A DNA stretch of 64,000 bases, taken from Chrysomallon squamiferum (taxonomy: Eukaryota > Animalia > Mollusca). The notes under the pieces are model-generated. The model saw nothing but the letters and a program-made list of their open reading frames with translations. It was not told the DNA's origin and searched no databases. Positions 28,101-42,385 of the stretch are shown piece by piece. The stretch's first letter is position 1; the number at the start of each line of letters is the position of its first letter. The stretch spans positions 558,001 to 622,000 of the forward strand of contig CM022678.1 in NCBI GenBank assembly GCA_012295275.1, read 5' to 3'. The position numbers were made by a program, and so were the translations under genes.

Positions 28101-28944
28101 TAATTAATGTTAAGTCTGATGTTAGCTGCGATATATAAATAAATACATGAGTAAATAAGTAAAAAAAAGAAAGAAAAAAGAAAGAAAGAAGGAAGGAAAC
28201 AAGGAAAGAAATAGACAGAACTTAAATTACTTAGTCATTTATAGATTAATTGACAAAAATATTAAATTTGTGTTTGTTTGTTTACCTACTTTCAAAATTA
28301 AGCATGATAGATTGGTCACGTGATTCTTTTCCATGATATAGGAAGAAAATTACAAGAGCACCTCAAAAAAGAACCCCAAATAGAATGAAATGAAATAAGC
28401 AAAAATGAAAAAAAAAAAACAAAAAAAAAAACAACCTCTAAATAAATAATATAAGACAAAAATAAATAAATAAATTAATTAATTAATTAATTAAAAGAAA
28501 AAAAAATGAAATAATGAAATGTGAAATGTAGAGTTGGATAAAAGGTTATAAAATAAAATTGTGAGTTAGTGTATTTTACTATTCACGTGTTCGAGAGGGG
28601 TGAATGAAGATTAAACTCAGAGTGATAAATAAAATTAAATAATTAAATAACGATGTCTGCCCTGATTTGAAAATAGAGTAGTCTTCTTTCCTGAATGAAG
28701 AACATAAATCTTAATACCAATAATTATATATCTGAATGTGTGTGTGAGTGTGTCTGTCTGTGTGTTATTTTAAGCTATCTGTAAGCTTACTGTAAGAAAA
28801 TGATATGCTACTAGCCCCTGAGTACTGCTCATATCTTTTTGTGTAAATATACAAACCAGTTTGACAAATGTATTATTCTTAGAACTGATACAAAACGTGT
28901 TTACATTGTCACCAAGCAACCAGAGTAACGTACTACGTGTAAAC

Positions 28945-29074
28945 CTGTGACGTGTCGTTTTACAAAAATATCACTTGACGTGTCTAAGCAGACGATTCAC
29001 AGAGCGTGGAGTTTGTGACAATTCGTTAGCTGACAAGATTCCAGTTTTACTTCGATTTAGATTGACAGGTAAGC
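28945..29074 (+). promoter_or_regulatory. Putative promoter/non-coding first-exon cassette 3
   Basis: Two TGACGT motifs; ends gacag|gtaagc with GT at 29069. Confidence 0.4.
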
Positions 29075-29864
29075 AAACTTAAAGTATACTGTTTTTAGTA
29101 GTGGCTATTGACTGTTTATTTAATAGTTTTAAATTTATTAATTGTCTACAGTGATTCCGGACTATGACATCTGAAACTCGGCTTTCGTTTCAGTTTTCAG
29201 TTAAAAATAATTATGAACGAATAAAATTACATTTCCTTTTTCTCCTTTTTTTTTATTTTTTTTTTTTTTAATTAATTGATTTATAAAGCAATAAACATAA
29301 GAACAAAAAGTGTGTTATCATCATCCCATTATATTTAATTTTACGCTGTATTAACTTGCCGAAGTTTTAGAAAAGGACAAAGATGGCACCAGTAATGGTT
29401 TAAATTAAAGAAAGAGGAATAAAATGTCTACGAAATAACTGATTATTTAAAAGTACAAAACTGAATTCAGCTGGTTTTATCAAATATTAATACTAATGTA
29501 AATCAGTGTTATTTTTTATTATTGTTGTTATTTTTCGTTTTTTTCTGTATGTCTTGGTTCCGTGTCTCTGCATTCTATAAGTAATGTGTATCTTGTTACA
29601 TATGAATCCAGTAAAGATGATAAAGTATTACAAGGTCTACATGTCTGCTACAAATACGTTTATTACACCAGACATTTCAGTCATACCGCGACTATACGTA
29701 ATCACACACTATTTGTGTCTGTATAAGCACTCACTGTCTGTCTCTGTGTGTGTTTGCAATTTAATTAACTGTTCAGTTTGGAGTATCTTCTGTTTAGAAT
29801 TATTTTTGACTAGGAGTCATGAAAGATTCATGTTTGTTTATTCTTTTCTTTTTTTTTTCATTAA

Positions 29865-29912
<48 letters not shown>

Positions 29913-30417
29913 TTATTAAATTACATTATTCCGATGAATTGACAAATTAAAACAGAGATAAATAGTACGATATCAGCTGAGTTGGTAAATGTTTGAGAAT
30001 GAAAAGTTTATTATTAAAATTCAGTTTTCTCTGTCGTTACATTTTAAAATAAACAAGCTCACTGGTCAAGGTCATTGTTACTTTAAGGTAAGATCATTTT
30101 CACGAGATCTAGATACGTTCCACTTTAAAATAATTAACACGAGTTGTCGTTGTTGTTGTTGTTGTTCTTGTTCTTCTTATTATTATTACTATGACTATTG
30201 TTATTTTACTGTGAGTAGAACATGTATAGACAGACCGCACGTTAACCGTGTTCATGGTCGAGTTGTAAACAAGGAGAATTTGAAACCTGTATAGTTACAC
30301 TATTCAAGATAATATCGCTAATACTGCCTAGTTTTGTTTGTGAAACACTGGGTGAGATTTCAAAGTTTAATGTCAAACCATACTTCATATTTATTGTAGT
30401 TGTTCTTGTATTTATTG

Positions 30418-30459
<42 letters not shown>

Positions 30460-31002
30460 ATCGAATTATATATTTTTATACACAACAACAACAACAAATC
30501 AGAATACAGCCAGTAACATCCACTATAGGAATAATAATAATAATAAGAAGAAGAAGAAGAAGAAGAAAGATTAAAAAGAGTGAATAAGAGAAGCGATGTT
30601 TACGTATAAACATTGCTAACAAGCAATAATAATAATGCGTACTTTTTTCAGTTGTCTTATCAAATAGTCGATGTATGAATAAAATGTTTACGAAATAACC
30701 GATTATTTGAAAATACAGAATTGAAATTAATTTGGTATCGTCAAACATTGATGCCGAAGTTGCAGAAAAGGAGGAATGATTATGACAAGCTATTGGCTCA
30801 AAAATATTTTGAAATTTTAGTCACTGTTAATAAAGTAACGAGGTAATTCCTACATATTTATTTTGCATAATTATAATCTAATACTGAGGTGCAATTTAAA
30901 ACGGCTAAAATTGATATTCCTTATTTCAGTTATATTTATTTAATAATTTTATTCTTGTTTTTTATTTTTAGTTTTTAACTTTGTGTTTGTTTTGATTTTG
31001 CA

Positions 31003-31050
<48 letters not shown>

Positions 31051-31465
31051 GTTATTATTATTGTTATTATTATTAAACTGTTTAATATGCAGTATTTTCT
31101 GGCTAAAATTATTTTTGACAAGGGGTTATGAAAGATTTATATTAGTTTATTGTTGAATATCTTGTTTTCATTAAATTACATGATTAAGAAAATTAAATTA
31201 AAGATAACTACTACTACGATATCATCTGATCTAGTATATGTTTGATAATGAAAGGTTTATTATTAATACTAAGTTGTTTTCTGTCGATGTATTTTAAACT
31301 AAACAATGTCACTGTTGCTTATTTTTGTCGTGTAGACACTAAGTAGGAAAGAACAGACATTATTGTTGTACAAGTGTTTATTGTTTTTATTATAGAAAGT
31401 AAAATTTGGTCAATTTTAAAAATAAGTGTAATAGCGGAGAATTATTGCTGTGAGTGTGATTGTTC

Positions 31466-31515
<50 letters not shown>

Positions 31516-31588
31516 TCTATGTATATCATTGTCATGTTTAAATATTTCAAATATGATACCGTACAGTGAGTCCAGTATTCCGAAGATT

Positions 31589-31673
<85 letters not shown>

Positions 31674-32212
31674 CAACAACAACAACAACAATAATATGTG
31701 GCAACTCGTGCTCCTAATCTGGTGTTTTCTGTACCTACAGAAACACTTTAATTAGCAATACAAACGAAATTACATTAAATACTCGCTACGTCAGACGTAC
31801 ATTAAAACGCTTAGTAACATTTACTAAATAACAGACGTTAAAACTATCACAAGCGTAGCTAAATCAGCGAACCGTGGAGAAATATCGTCATAGCGTCGAA
31901 AAGAAATTTCACAAAATGTGTTTATTAACTGAATTCATCGATAGGAATAAGAAATGTAAATGATTCCGTTCTGGAAAAATTCCTGTCGTAACCCTTCTCA
32001 TTATCGTTCTTTCGCTGTTTGATAGTGTCTGGTTTATGTGCCGTACAGTGTATTAAAAGGAAAAGAAGCTATTTTTTCTTCTACTTTTAGTTGTTTTCTT
32101 TGTTTGGGTTTTTTTTGTTTTTTTTAAGTATAAAACTGGTCAATATTGTCAATGTAAATTCAGTGTGGCTCGAATCTTATAATGCGAAAAAAAAAAAATT
32201 ATTATAATTATA

Positions 32213-32245
<33 letters not shown>

Positions 32246-33211
32246 GACTTATTTCCCTTATATTTTCTCGTTCTGTATATAGACATATGTATCCAATAAA
32301 GATGACAAAATACTGCTTACCCAAACACCTGTGACTGTGTAAAACTGATATAAACACTTTTATTAGAGCAGTCATATTACTTGTACCATGAGAGTGAAGT
32401 TGTCAGATAATCACACACACACACGCACACACGCACACACACACTTCCACACAAACACACATATCAGCCTTACTCTTGTAATCCTAAATAACGCAAAAAT
32501 TAAATGTAATTAACTGTTTTCTTTCTCAGTTTGACCGCTCTCGAGAGTAAAACCTTCACTCGTGTTTATTTTGTTGTTGCTATACATCTGTTAAATAATT
32601 ATATAAAACTATTTTAAGACCAAAACCTGAATTTAAATATGAAAGAAGTAACCGAGTAATAAGTATGTATGTGCGTATGTATATGTGTGTGTATGAATGT
32701 ATGTATGTACGTATCGATGTATGTATGCATGCATGTATGTCTCTAAATATGTATGTATGCATGTGTTTGTGTCTGTATGTGTGTGTGTGTGTATGTGTCT
32801 GTGTTTGTACCGATAAACCAGTGATTTTATTTTATTTTCCTGTAGGAAAGATAATTTCAGCTAATAAACAGAAATTTTATTTGAAACAAATATATACATA
32901 TGACTAAACGAAAAACAAATAATTATATTTGATATTAACTGTTTGTAGTATCAGATACAGGTTACGTTTTGAAGTCAGTGTAAGGTACGTTTAGTAAATG
33001 TTGAAAACTGTTATAAAAGTACAATAATTTACAAACTACAACCATAGCGATAAATCGTTGTTATTTTTATTTTTATTTATTTCTATTTTATTATTATTAT
33101 TATTAAAAAAATGTTGTAGTTTTTTTTTAAATCTATCATGTACTGCAACATTGTAGTTATAATATTTTACATCTTTGCTAACAGTCATATTTCTATTGTT
33201 TTATTACACTG

Positions 33212-33254
<43 letters not shown>

Positions 33255-33779
33255 CTCTTGGTGATATGCATATTATTAAAAAGTCCATTTTAAAACTATC
33301 ACTCCAATCTTGTCTTATATGTTTCAAAAGAAGAATCAGATTTATAATTTTGTTTTTGATCTGATTTTATTTTATTTGTTTATTTTATTGTCATTGTTAA
33401 CATTATAATCATTGTTGATATTGCTTTATTTCTTCTCTTTTTTTCTTCTTCTTCTTCTTACTATTAATTTTATTTTTATTTTTACAATTTTATTTTATCT
33501 TTTTATTTTTTTTTTTTTTTTAATTATATGTAATACCTGTATATACACGAAAACAGATCCTAGGTTGGTCATGTTCACGACTGAGTTGTAAACAAGGATA
33601 ATTTGAAATCTGTGTAGTTACACTCATTGTTAGAGAATAGACAAATGTCGTTACAGGGGTATTGAAGATAATTTTACTGATACTGCCTAGTTTAGTCTGT
33701 CAAACAGCATTTCAGATTTCAAAGTTTAATGTCCGCTACATTTCAGCACTATGATTATTATTATTATTATTATTATTAT

Positions 33780-33782
<3 letters not shown>

Positions 33783-33872
<90 letters not shown>
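33783..33872. repeat. (AG)n microsatellite
   Basis: About 90 bp of pure AG dinucleotide. Confidence 0.97.
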
Positions 33873-33875
<3 letters not shown>

Positions 33876-34812
33876 GTGAGTTTGTTGGGCATTAGCACTT
33901 CAACTTTCTCGTTACTTAGTTAAATACTTACTCAGAATTCTTAAACCTGAACGAAGTCAGTAAATTTAAATGATTAATTCGACAGTCTGGCGTGAGCACG
34001 ATATTATTATTCATTGTACGTCGTTGGTAATCCCGCTATCCCTATGTTCTGCTCATCTCTTTCTTACGTTGTATACAAATCAGTTCTAATTTGTGTTAAC
34101 GTTCTAGTGTGTAACACGATACTCAAATAAACAGGAAATCTCGAACTGTTACCTCAAAGATAACAACAAACTGTGTGGCTTGTAAGACTTCTTTATTAAA
34201 TGCCGAAGCCAAAGCTCAATCCAAACTGTCAAGTTTTGGGATTTTGGGAGAGAAATCATAGAGGGGGAATTTGAAGTCGCCTAGAAGAGAAATCACGCAA
34301 TGTCGCCTGTGCATATCGTGTCAAATGAGTGACATTGTCGACAGACCACCAAATGAGTTAAATACAGCTGCCCAGTCCTTCTGTCAATAGTCAAAGTCCA
34401 GATGTGGATGATTATCTACATTTATTGAAACCAATAAAAATAATCCACATGGTTACAGAACTGTACTTAGACGTACGTCGTCAAAACGAGGAGATATTCG
34501 CGTGTTAGTCCTGTAACTGATATTAATGTTGCACGTAGAAATACAAAAGTTAAATAAATAAATAAATAGATATAGCACAACAATAATTAAAATACAGAAT
34601 TCTTTGTGAGTGAGAATTGGCGGGTTCTTTTTGTTGTTACTTTTTTGTGCGGTTATTTTTTGGACAAATTTTATTTTTGTTGTTATCTGATCTATATTTT
34701 TTTTACTTGTATAACTGTTGTTTGTGTTTTTCTTTATAAAAACAAAAACAAACAACAACAACAACAACAACAAACAAACGTGCAGAGACGATTATGAAGT
34801 AATACAATAGAG

Positions 34813-35053
34813 CAGTCATGGGCAGCCTTTTTCGAGAAGCGGGTCACATGAGACATGACTCATACTCAGGCGGGCCGCAGTACTAATTTAGAAGATTTTG
34901 TGTTTTTACGTAAAGTTTTCATTTACTTCAGGAACTGTTATAATAACAAAACAATTACATATGTTTTAGTATATAAGTAGATACAAAATAGACTCATTTT
35001 ATAAAACTGAATTAACGTTATTTTCCTTGTCAAATTAGGCGGGCCCATGACTG
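34813..35053. mobile_element. hAT (Charlie-like) MITE
   Basis: Perfect 11-bp TIR cagtcatgggc / gcccatgactg; flanks caatagag / ctctagag resemble the NTCTAGAN-type 8-bp target; internal gcgggccgca motif. Confidence 0.7.
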
Positions 35054-35079
35054 CTCTAGAGAGCCAGGAAAGAAAAGTA

Positions 35080-35241
35080 TTATTTTTATTTATTTATCTA
35101 TTTATTTATTTATTTATTCATTTATTTATTTGTTTGTTTATTTATTTATTTATTTATTTATCTATCTATCTATTTATTTATTTATTTACTTATGTATTTG
35201 TTTATTTATTTATTTATCTATTTATTTATTTATTTATTTGT

Positions 35242-35276
<35 letters not shown>

Positions 35277-35345
35277 TTTGTTTATTTATCTATTTCTCTA
35301 TTTATTTATTTGTTTATTTATTTATCTATTTATTTATTTATTTAT
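35080..35345. repeat. (TTTA)n-type degenerate tetranucleotide microsatellite
   Basis: Visible directly; source of the spurious FIYL ORFs. Confidence 0.95.
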
Positions 35346-36615
35346 ATTCTTTTTCCCACAATGTTTTGTTTCTCTCTATCAGTCATGTAGAATGCAAGCT
35401 GCAGATACTTTTATTATTTAAAAAAACATTTTGTTTCTTCAGCTGATATCAGTATTGATAAAGAACTGAACTACTATTGCAGGAAGATAATTAACTAATT
35501 GTTGAAGAAAATACTCTTTTTTAAATTATTATTACTGAGTTATTTACCTTATATTATCTTGTTTCTGTAAGTCCTTGTTCCTTCTCTCTGCATTCTAAAT
35601 AGTTACATCCAGTAAAGATGATAAAGTAATGTGCATGTCTGATACAAATAATTTTATTACACTAGTTAATTCAGACCTAACACGACTATACTTAATGAGT
35701 ATAGTAGCGACTTTGATTTTATATATATATATGACGTTGTCAAAACAATCTTCTTAATACATATTTCTAATATAATTTATAACATAAAACTAGCTAATAT
35801 ACTCATAAATATATATATATATATATATTTGTTTGTCTGTTTACGGTCTTTACATATCAGATTTATCGTCGGAAGATAAGAATACTGAAAGTCAGCAAGG
35901 GATTAGATATTTGACCTCAGCAATAAAACTGGTTGCTGCCTTTAGATGTCTGATTTAGCCTCCAAAGATAAGAATGCTGAACTGCACTGAATCATTCGAT
36001 ATGCTAAGACAATAACCAGTTTATCCTTTGTTTGTGCAATCCTGAATATCGCCAAAAAATAAAACGAAAATAAATTGTCGCTGTAAATGAAGAACAATGT
36101 AGTTTTTAAGTAACTTCAGTCTATAGCTTTCTTAAATGAAAACAATTTTTTACTTCTTTTTTTTTTTTTTAGACTTTGAACAAATAACTGAACAATATAT
36201 ATGTGTTTATATATGCACGTATTTGTTCGTGTTTGTGTGTGTGTCTGTACCCGATATAAACGGATCGCTAAGAACGATCTACCCAGTGATCACGAGAAAG
36301 TCTAGTATTACTCACATGATGTTAAAGTTGTTTATAGATAACTGTAATTTGACGAAAGGAGAAAAAAGAAGTAAAGAAAGAAACAGAAACAACTTGCATT
36401 TACCTGTCACTGATAGATAAGATAATAGAAATATATTATTTATTTTTTTATTTATTTATTTATTATTATTATTGTTTACTAACTTTCAAGATTAACATGA
36501 GATATCTGGATGCTAGTGAAGTGAGCTTTATTCATATATTGAAACAGAACAAAAAAAACAGGACAAAAAAAAAAAAAAACACCATAAAAAATAGAAAAAT
36601 AATGTAAAATGAAGA

Positions 36616-36650
<35 letters not shown>

Positions 36651-37729
36651 ATGTGAAACGTATAATTGAATGAAAGAACAGAAAACAAATTATGTTTACG
36701 AGTTAGTGTACTCAAGAAGGCTGAATGAAGGTTGAACGTTGTGTGACTGAGAAATCAAATTGAATAATTAAACACAAAAATGTCTGCCCTAAATTCTCAA
36801 CACTGAAACAGAGTAGTCTTCCTTGCTGGATGTACAACATAAATCTCAATAACAATAATAACTCTGTGTGTGTGTGTGTGTGTGTGCGTGTGTGTGTGCA
36901 TGTGTGTGTGTATGTGTGTGTGTGTTATTTTAAGCTATATATCAGCTTGTTATAAGAAAATGTTACATAGCTCGCACTTGTATATGGCTCATATCTTTCT
37001 GAGCAAGTATACAAACCAGTTTGAGAAGCGTGTTATACTTAGAACTGATGTAAAAAGTGTTTCTATTGCAATGAAAGCCACCAGACAGACACCATATTTA
37101 GTTTTTTTATATTTTTTTGTAACGCATTTTTAAATAAGAAAAATGTATGCATAAATGACAAATATTGTATAAAAATTAAATAAAAGAGAATGTAAAGAAA
37201 CAAATTGGTTTTGTAAAGTGTGCAGGGTTAGAGGTTCTCCATTTTTTCATGGACAGAGTCCGCAGCTTAGAACTTATTTTAACGCCTTTGTCTGGAGTTA
37301 CAGCCTTTATCGAATCTTACTGGTGCAGTATGCTACATATTGTAGAATTACTACGCTCGTACTGCCTAGCGAAATTGACTACACGCACACGTGGTTCATG
37401 TTCTTCTGATTTCATGCTTTAATTCAATGAACATCATCCGCTTCTTCTTCTTACACTGTCCTGTGCTCTCACTTTCTTAAGATCAATGGAAATTTGTCAA
37501 AATACTGCAGAAAGCGCGAGCACAGCACAACAGAGATGCTTCCTACGTGAAGCAAACGAGTGAGACGCGGGATGCTGTGCGGACGTTGTGTTTGTTCGTT
37601 GCGCCAACTAGCGATGGCGTATCTGAAGTTCGCCCGTAGCTCGGATTTAAACTCACAACTTCAAGCAATAACTCGAGGTACTACTTTATTCATTTTTTTA
37701 TTTATGTTTTAATTATTTTTATTTTTATT

Positions 37730-37768
<39 letters not shown>

Positions 37769-38092
37769 TTGTTGTTTTTCTTGTTTTCTTGTTTGTTTGT
37801 TTGTTGATTGTTTTTGTTTTTTCTTGTTTTTATTGTTGTCCTTTTCTTCTTCTTCTTCTTCTTCTTCTTCTTCTAGATGTATTTTAATGTGGAATTTTAT
37901 CTCATTAAATATCTCGACTTTATTAAATGAAAATTTAATTTTTATAAATTAAATCAACGGATAAATACTACGATACAAATATCTTTTGTAAAAGTTTGGG
38001 ATAAGAGATCATTTTCACGTGCTCTAACAGATAAAATAAAATATTATTTCTGTGTTCAGAAAGTGTAATAAAATTTATTTCATTATTTATTA

Positions 38093-38146
<54 letters not shown>

Positions 38147-38718
38147 AACGAATATTATTTATAATATTCAGAAGCCATTAATTTCATGTTTCATCCCAGT
38201 ATCTACATTTTGAAATTTATTAGCCGGAGCTTGCCCTCGGACACACGTATAAACTTGGTACTGGCGTCCGCACTGTGCAGCTGCTCGCAAGGCCTGAATC
38301 AGTTGAAAATTGCGTTTTTTCCCCTAGCTCAGCACAGATACACTTTTGTTATGTAACATTTTCTTATAACAAGTTGATATATAGCTTAAAATAACACACA
38401 CACACATACACACATACACATGCACACACACACGCACACACACGCTCACACAGTTATTATTGTTATTGAGGTTTATGTAATCTATACCACAATAACGAGT
38501 AACATTTCCCTTTTCCAGTGTGAACTGTTTGTTTTGTTCGGATTAAAGTGGGTGGTTTTTAATGATTAGAAATGAACTTTGACATCGATTTCTGTTCTCA
38601 CTAAACAAGTGGATGGGAATGTGTTCTGAAGGAAAGTACAAGAGATCACCTTAAAAACAATAGAACGAAGCATTGCATAAATAGCAAAGACTATTAACAA
38701 TTTATTTATTTATTTATA

Positions 38719-38749
<31 letters not shown>

Positions 38750-39724
38750 TATTTATTTATTTTTTTATTTTTTATTTTTTTTCTTTCGTTTTGTTGTCCT
38801 ACTCTTGTTCAAATATACTGATAATTTTTGTTCGAGTAAGCTAATGTTAGTGATTTCAAGGGATGTAAATATTAATCGCCATGTTGAGGATTTTAACCAG
38901 TTAATATTTGTTCTCAGCTTATATTTCAGTTCAGTCTGTAAATAATTACACACATTTTCATCAATATGATGATGATGATGATGATGATAATGATGATGAT
39001 GATGATGATGATGATGATAATAATAATAAGAAGAAGAAGAAAGCTGAAGGAAATGAAAAGCTTTTTGCTGAGATGTGATAAATTGGCACATGTTGAAAGT
39101 TAGCAGATGTTAACATCAAATGGTTGCATGCGGAAACAGAATAATCCTCAAGAACTTCATAATTCGCTTGAGAAGAAGAAACTGAAATGTACTTTTATAT
39201 TGCTCTGTCAGAATATGTCAGCGAAGTGTTCTGTGTTTTATCCTGCATGTGAGCTGAACTCAGTCATTTCACCCCACCCCAAGTCACCTACATCTTTGTG
39301 TTTTGAAGTGTACATTGTCAGCTCTTTACGTGGGTATTTCCATTCTGAACGCAATGCTGAATTATAATTAGGCATTTTATTGTATTTTAAAGTATTGACT
39401 CTTTAAAAGACGTCCAATTTCTGGGCCAGTTTAGGTGATCTGCTATCTCAGATTTAAGCAACGAATGAAACCAGAAAAAAAATAAAGAAAAAATTAAAAA
39501 ATTAAATTAAATTAAATTAAATTAAATTAAATTAAATAAATAAATAAACAATATCTGTATATTAAATGATTACAATATCTACAATTTCACGCTTCTGTGT
39601 ATAAACTTGAGGCATATATCAAGATTTGTTTTAAAACGGTGAGTATTGTTAAATACTTTTTTTTTAAATTTTACTGAAAAATTAGAGAACATCATCAACC
39701 ATAATTGTTGTGTGAATAAAGAGA

Positions 39725-39860
39725 CAGGGTTCGTACGTGTTTTCGAGAGACTTGGAAAGTTTTGGAAATTCCTCACGGTATTTTCCAGGACCTGAAACGT
39801 TTTGGAAAATCAGGTTTTGTTACCTTAGCTATGGAAAAGTTATGGAAATTATGTCCTTGC
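39725..39860 (+). mobile_element. One end of a hAT-like non-autonomous DNA element
   Basis: Starts cagggttcgtac, followed by repeated tggaaa subterminal motifs. The other end was not found. Confidence 0.4.
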
Positions 39861-42293
39861 CGTAAATTAAATGTATGAAAAACTGGTTTCTTTCACCAGT
39901 ATTTAGCCCCGATCCAGCGCCCCGTTTACGCCTATATAATGAGGTGCCGTTATAGCCTAGTCAAAGAAAATGGTTCCGATTTGGTAGTGGTCCCGTTTTA
40001 ACCTGATCCGGAAAAATTAACTCAGGCTATCTGCGCTTGCGCAGAAAATGCGTATTGCTAAAAACTAGTATTTCGTTGTCGGTATTCCATTTTTTTAAAT
40101 CTGTTAATTATCAACAGTAGGTTATACTTGTTGCAAACTTCCGTCAGTCTGGCAGAGTTGACTTCTTGTGAAAGCGCTAAGTTGTTAGTGTAATTGATTA
40201 CAACCCTGATACGTGTATATCGTTCCATTGTGTACTTTTCGTATCAGCGACAATCAGCTGTTCAACCAGTTCAGGTTTCTAAATGCAGTAGCACATGCTA
40301 CTTACAGAAGCGGTTTATACAATATTTGAAACTGAAAATCATGTATAAACCGCCCCCTCCGATATTTTTCATTTTACGGGTAGGGTTTAGAGCGATGAAT
40401 AGAGATGGAAACGTCTTAATGTACTCAGTGTTTTGATATTATTGGGGAAAAAATCTCAGCCTGATGGTGAGCGCCACAAGAAACGTGTGACAAGTCTGCA
40501 TTTGACATGATCCCTCGTTGGCGGCTGCCTGGACAATTGGCAACAAGTAAAATTGCAGATACATTAACTTTTTCAAATAATATTTGGCTTTCTTCTGCAG
40601 AGTTTATGGGCTGTTTGAAAGAATTCATCCTTTTCTTTCTTGTAAAACATACAGCAGTTCTGTGTACAGACCTTTGGTTGGTTTTAACTGCTATTGTGAA
40701 AGTGAAGAAAATAATTAACTAATTATTAAAGAACACGCTCCATTCATTAAATTATTATTCTAGAGTTATTTCCCTTAAAGTTTTTGTTTCTGTTGTCCTT
40801 GTTTCTTCTCTCTGCGTTCTATATGTACGTGCATGGAACTTTGAATATAAACACATGTATCCAGTGTCCATTCAAGTCTGACATAAATAAGTTTTAAACC
40901 TGTCATTTTAGTTGAACCACAGCAGTAAACTTAATTAGTGAAATAGAAAGATCTTATAAGTTGTCACTGTTCATATGTATATATGACACACACATATACA
41001 GACATAAACAGACACATATATACATATATATACACGTACACACACACAGACACATACACATACACACACAAACATACATACATAGGGAATAACTGGTTAC
41101 TTATATAATATGTCTGCAAAGGTAAGAATACCAAATTACAATAAGGCTTTCAACATTCGACCTGAGCATGATAAAACTGTTAAGACAGTAACCATTTGTT
41201 TCTTTTTATGTGCAATCCTAAATAAAATAAAAATTGGATTGTCATATAAATCAAAACAAGGTAGTTTTTAGATAACTATTCTTTGTTATTATTATTCTTT
41301 TAAATGAAAACTGTTTTCAAAATGGTATTTTAAGACCTGAACCAGCAGTTAAATATTAAAGAAGTAACTGCGAACTCCATACATCTTTGTGTATGTGTGT
41401 CTGTAAATACTTAATTTGTCAAAGTAAACACATAATCATCATGAACAGATATATTTTTTGTCAGTAATTAAAAATAAATTCATCTAGTCACGATATCTAG
41501 CCTCTATGTACTGTCAAATCTGTTTATATTGCTGATGTTATTGTTAATTACTACATACTAAAAACCTCAATACTAGACCCAAAATACCGTAATGCTTACC
41601 TGCTGAGAAGTCCTAGCGATAAGTAATACTATATTGAATTATACAAAATATTTTTTTGGTTTGTTTGTTGTTGGTGTTGTTGGTTCTTTTTTTTTTCTTT
41701 TTTTTTTCTTTTTTTTAATGATTTATAATCTAGTATTAACAAATGAATTAATAATAACAACATTACTTATAGTAACAATAATAGTTTTAGTCACACACAT
41801 GTCATTTACCTTCTAAGTCTTAGACAAATTGTAATCCTACATATATGCACATACAATAGATGACCCATAATAAAACAGTACACAGAAGCACATTGCCTTT
41901 CTCTATAGTTATTTTGATTTTCTCCCTATCTAGTTCATTTTATTTTCTTGATATCTAGCAATTTCTATTTTCTTCATATCTATGTATTTGGATTTTCTCA
42001 GTACAGAAGAGCTTTTGGAGAAAAAAAATCAAAAATAAAATAACGATGTAGTAACTTTGACACATTTCCTTTTTATTAACTGAAATTCTGTGCAGGAAAA
42101 GGTCAAATAATTCATCATAGAAACTAAACACACCAACAATTTTGATATGGAAAGACTTCCAAGACTGTTTGAGAAAAGAAAATGTTTATTGTATATTTTA
42201 TGTACTTTATTTTATTTTCTAAATGAAAATTGATACATGTATTAATAATACATAAAATTGGAAAACATCTATTTTGTTTTGTTCTGTTGACAG

Positions 42294-42385
42294 GACAGAA
42301 GAGTTGTATGTCAGTGACAGAAAACTGGGTTAACATACAGCAGCTAAATTCTAAAGATGGGTTGAACTGATCTGAAACAATTCAA
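42294..42385 (+). other. Putative non-coding 5' exon of copy B
   Basis: Pyrimidine tract plus gttgacag acceptor and caa|gtaagt donor. A degenerate homolog lies near 62050-62135. Confidence 0.45.

Larger units (their letters stand above)
12100..39000 (+). repeat. Mosaic of degenerate same-orientation segmental repeats interspersed with microsatellites
   Basis: Recurring blocks: gatcac(a/g)agagatttgcg near 13140, 18770, 27940 and (more diverged) 36290; atgtctgccct...agagtagtcttc near 19030, 28650, 36780; gtttgagaatgaaaagtttatta near 17715, 23650, 24800, 25330, 29990, 31240; acagacgttaaaa near 17815, 25820, 26165, 31830; gaaatcacgcaatgtcgcctgtgca near 15620, 34290; tcggacacacgtataaacttggta near 21670, 38240. 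Boundaries are approximate. Confidence 0.8.

Noticed and set aside
37490-37685. CpG-rich patch ending in a possible donor (gag|gtact)
   Set aside because: Could be a first exon or a transposon fragment, but there is no ORF, TIR or paralogous support in the window.
9611-39100. Many short ORFs rich in poly-I, poly-L, poly-Y, FIYL, CV or HT
   Set aside because: Translations of (AAT)n, (TTTA)n, (CA)n and (GAT)n microsatellites; no domain-like content.
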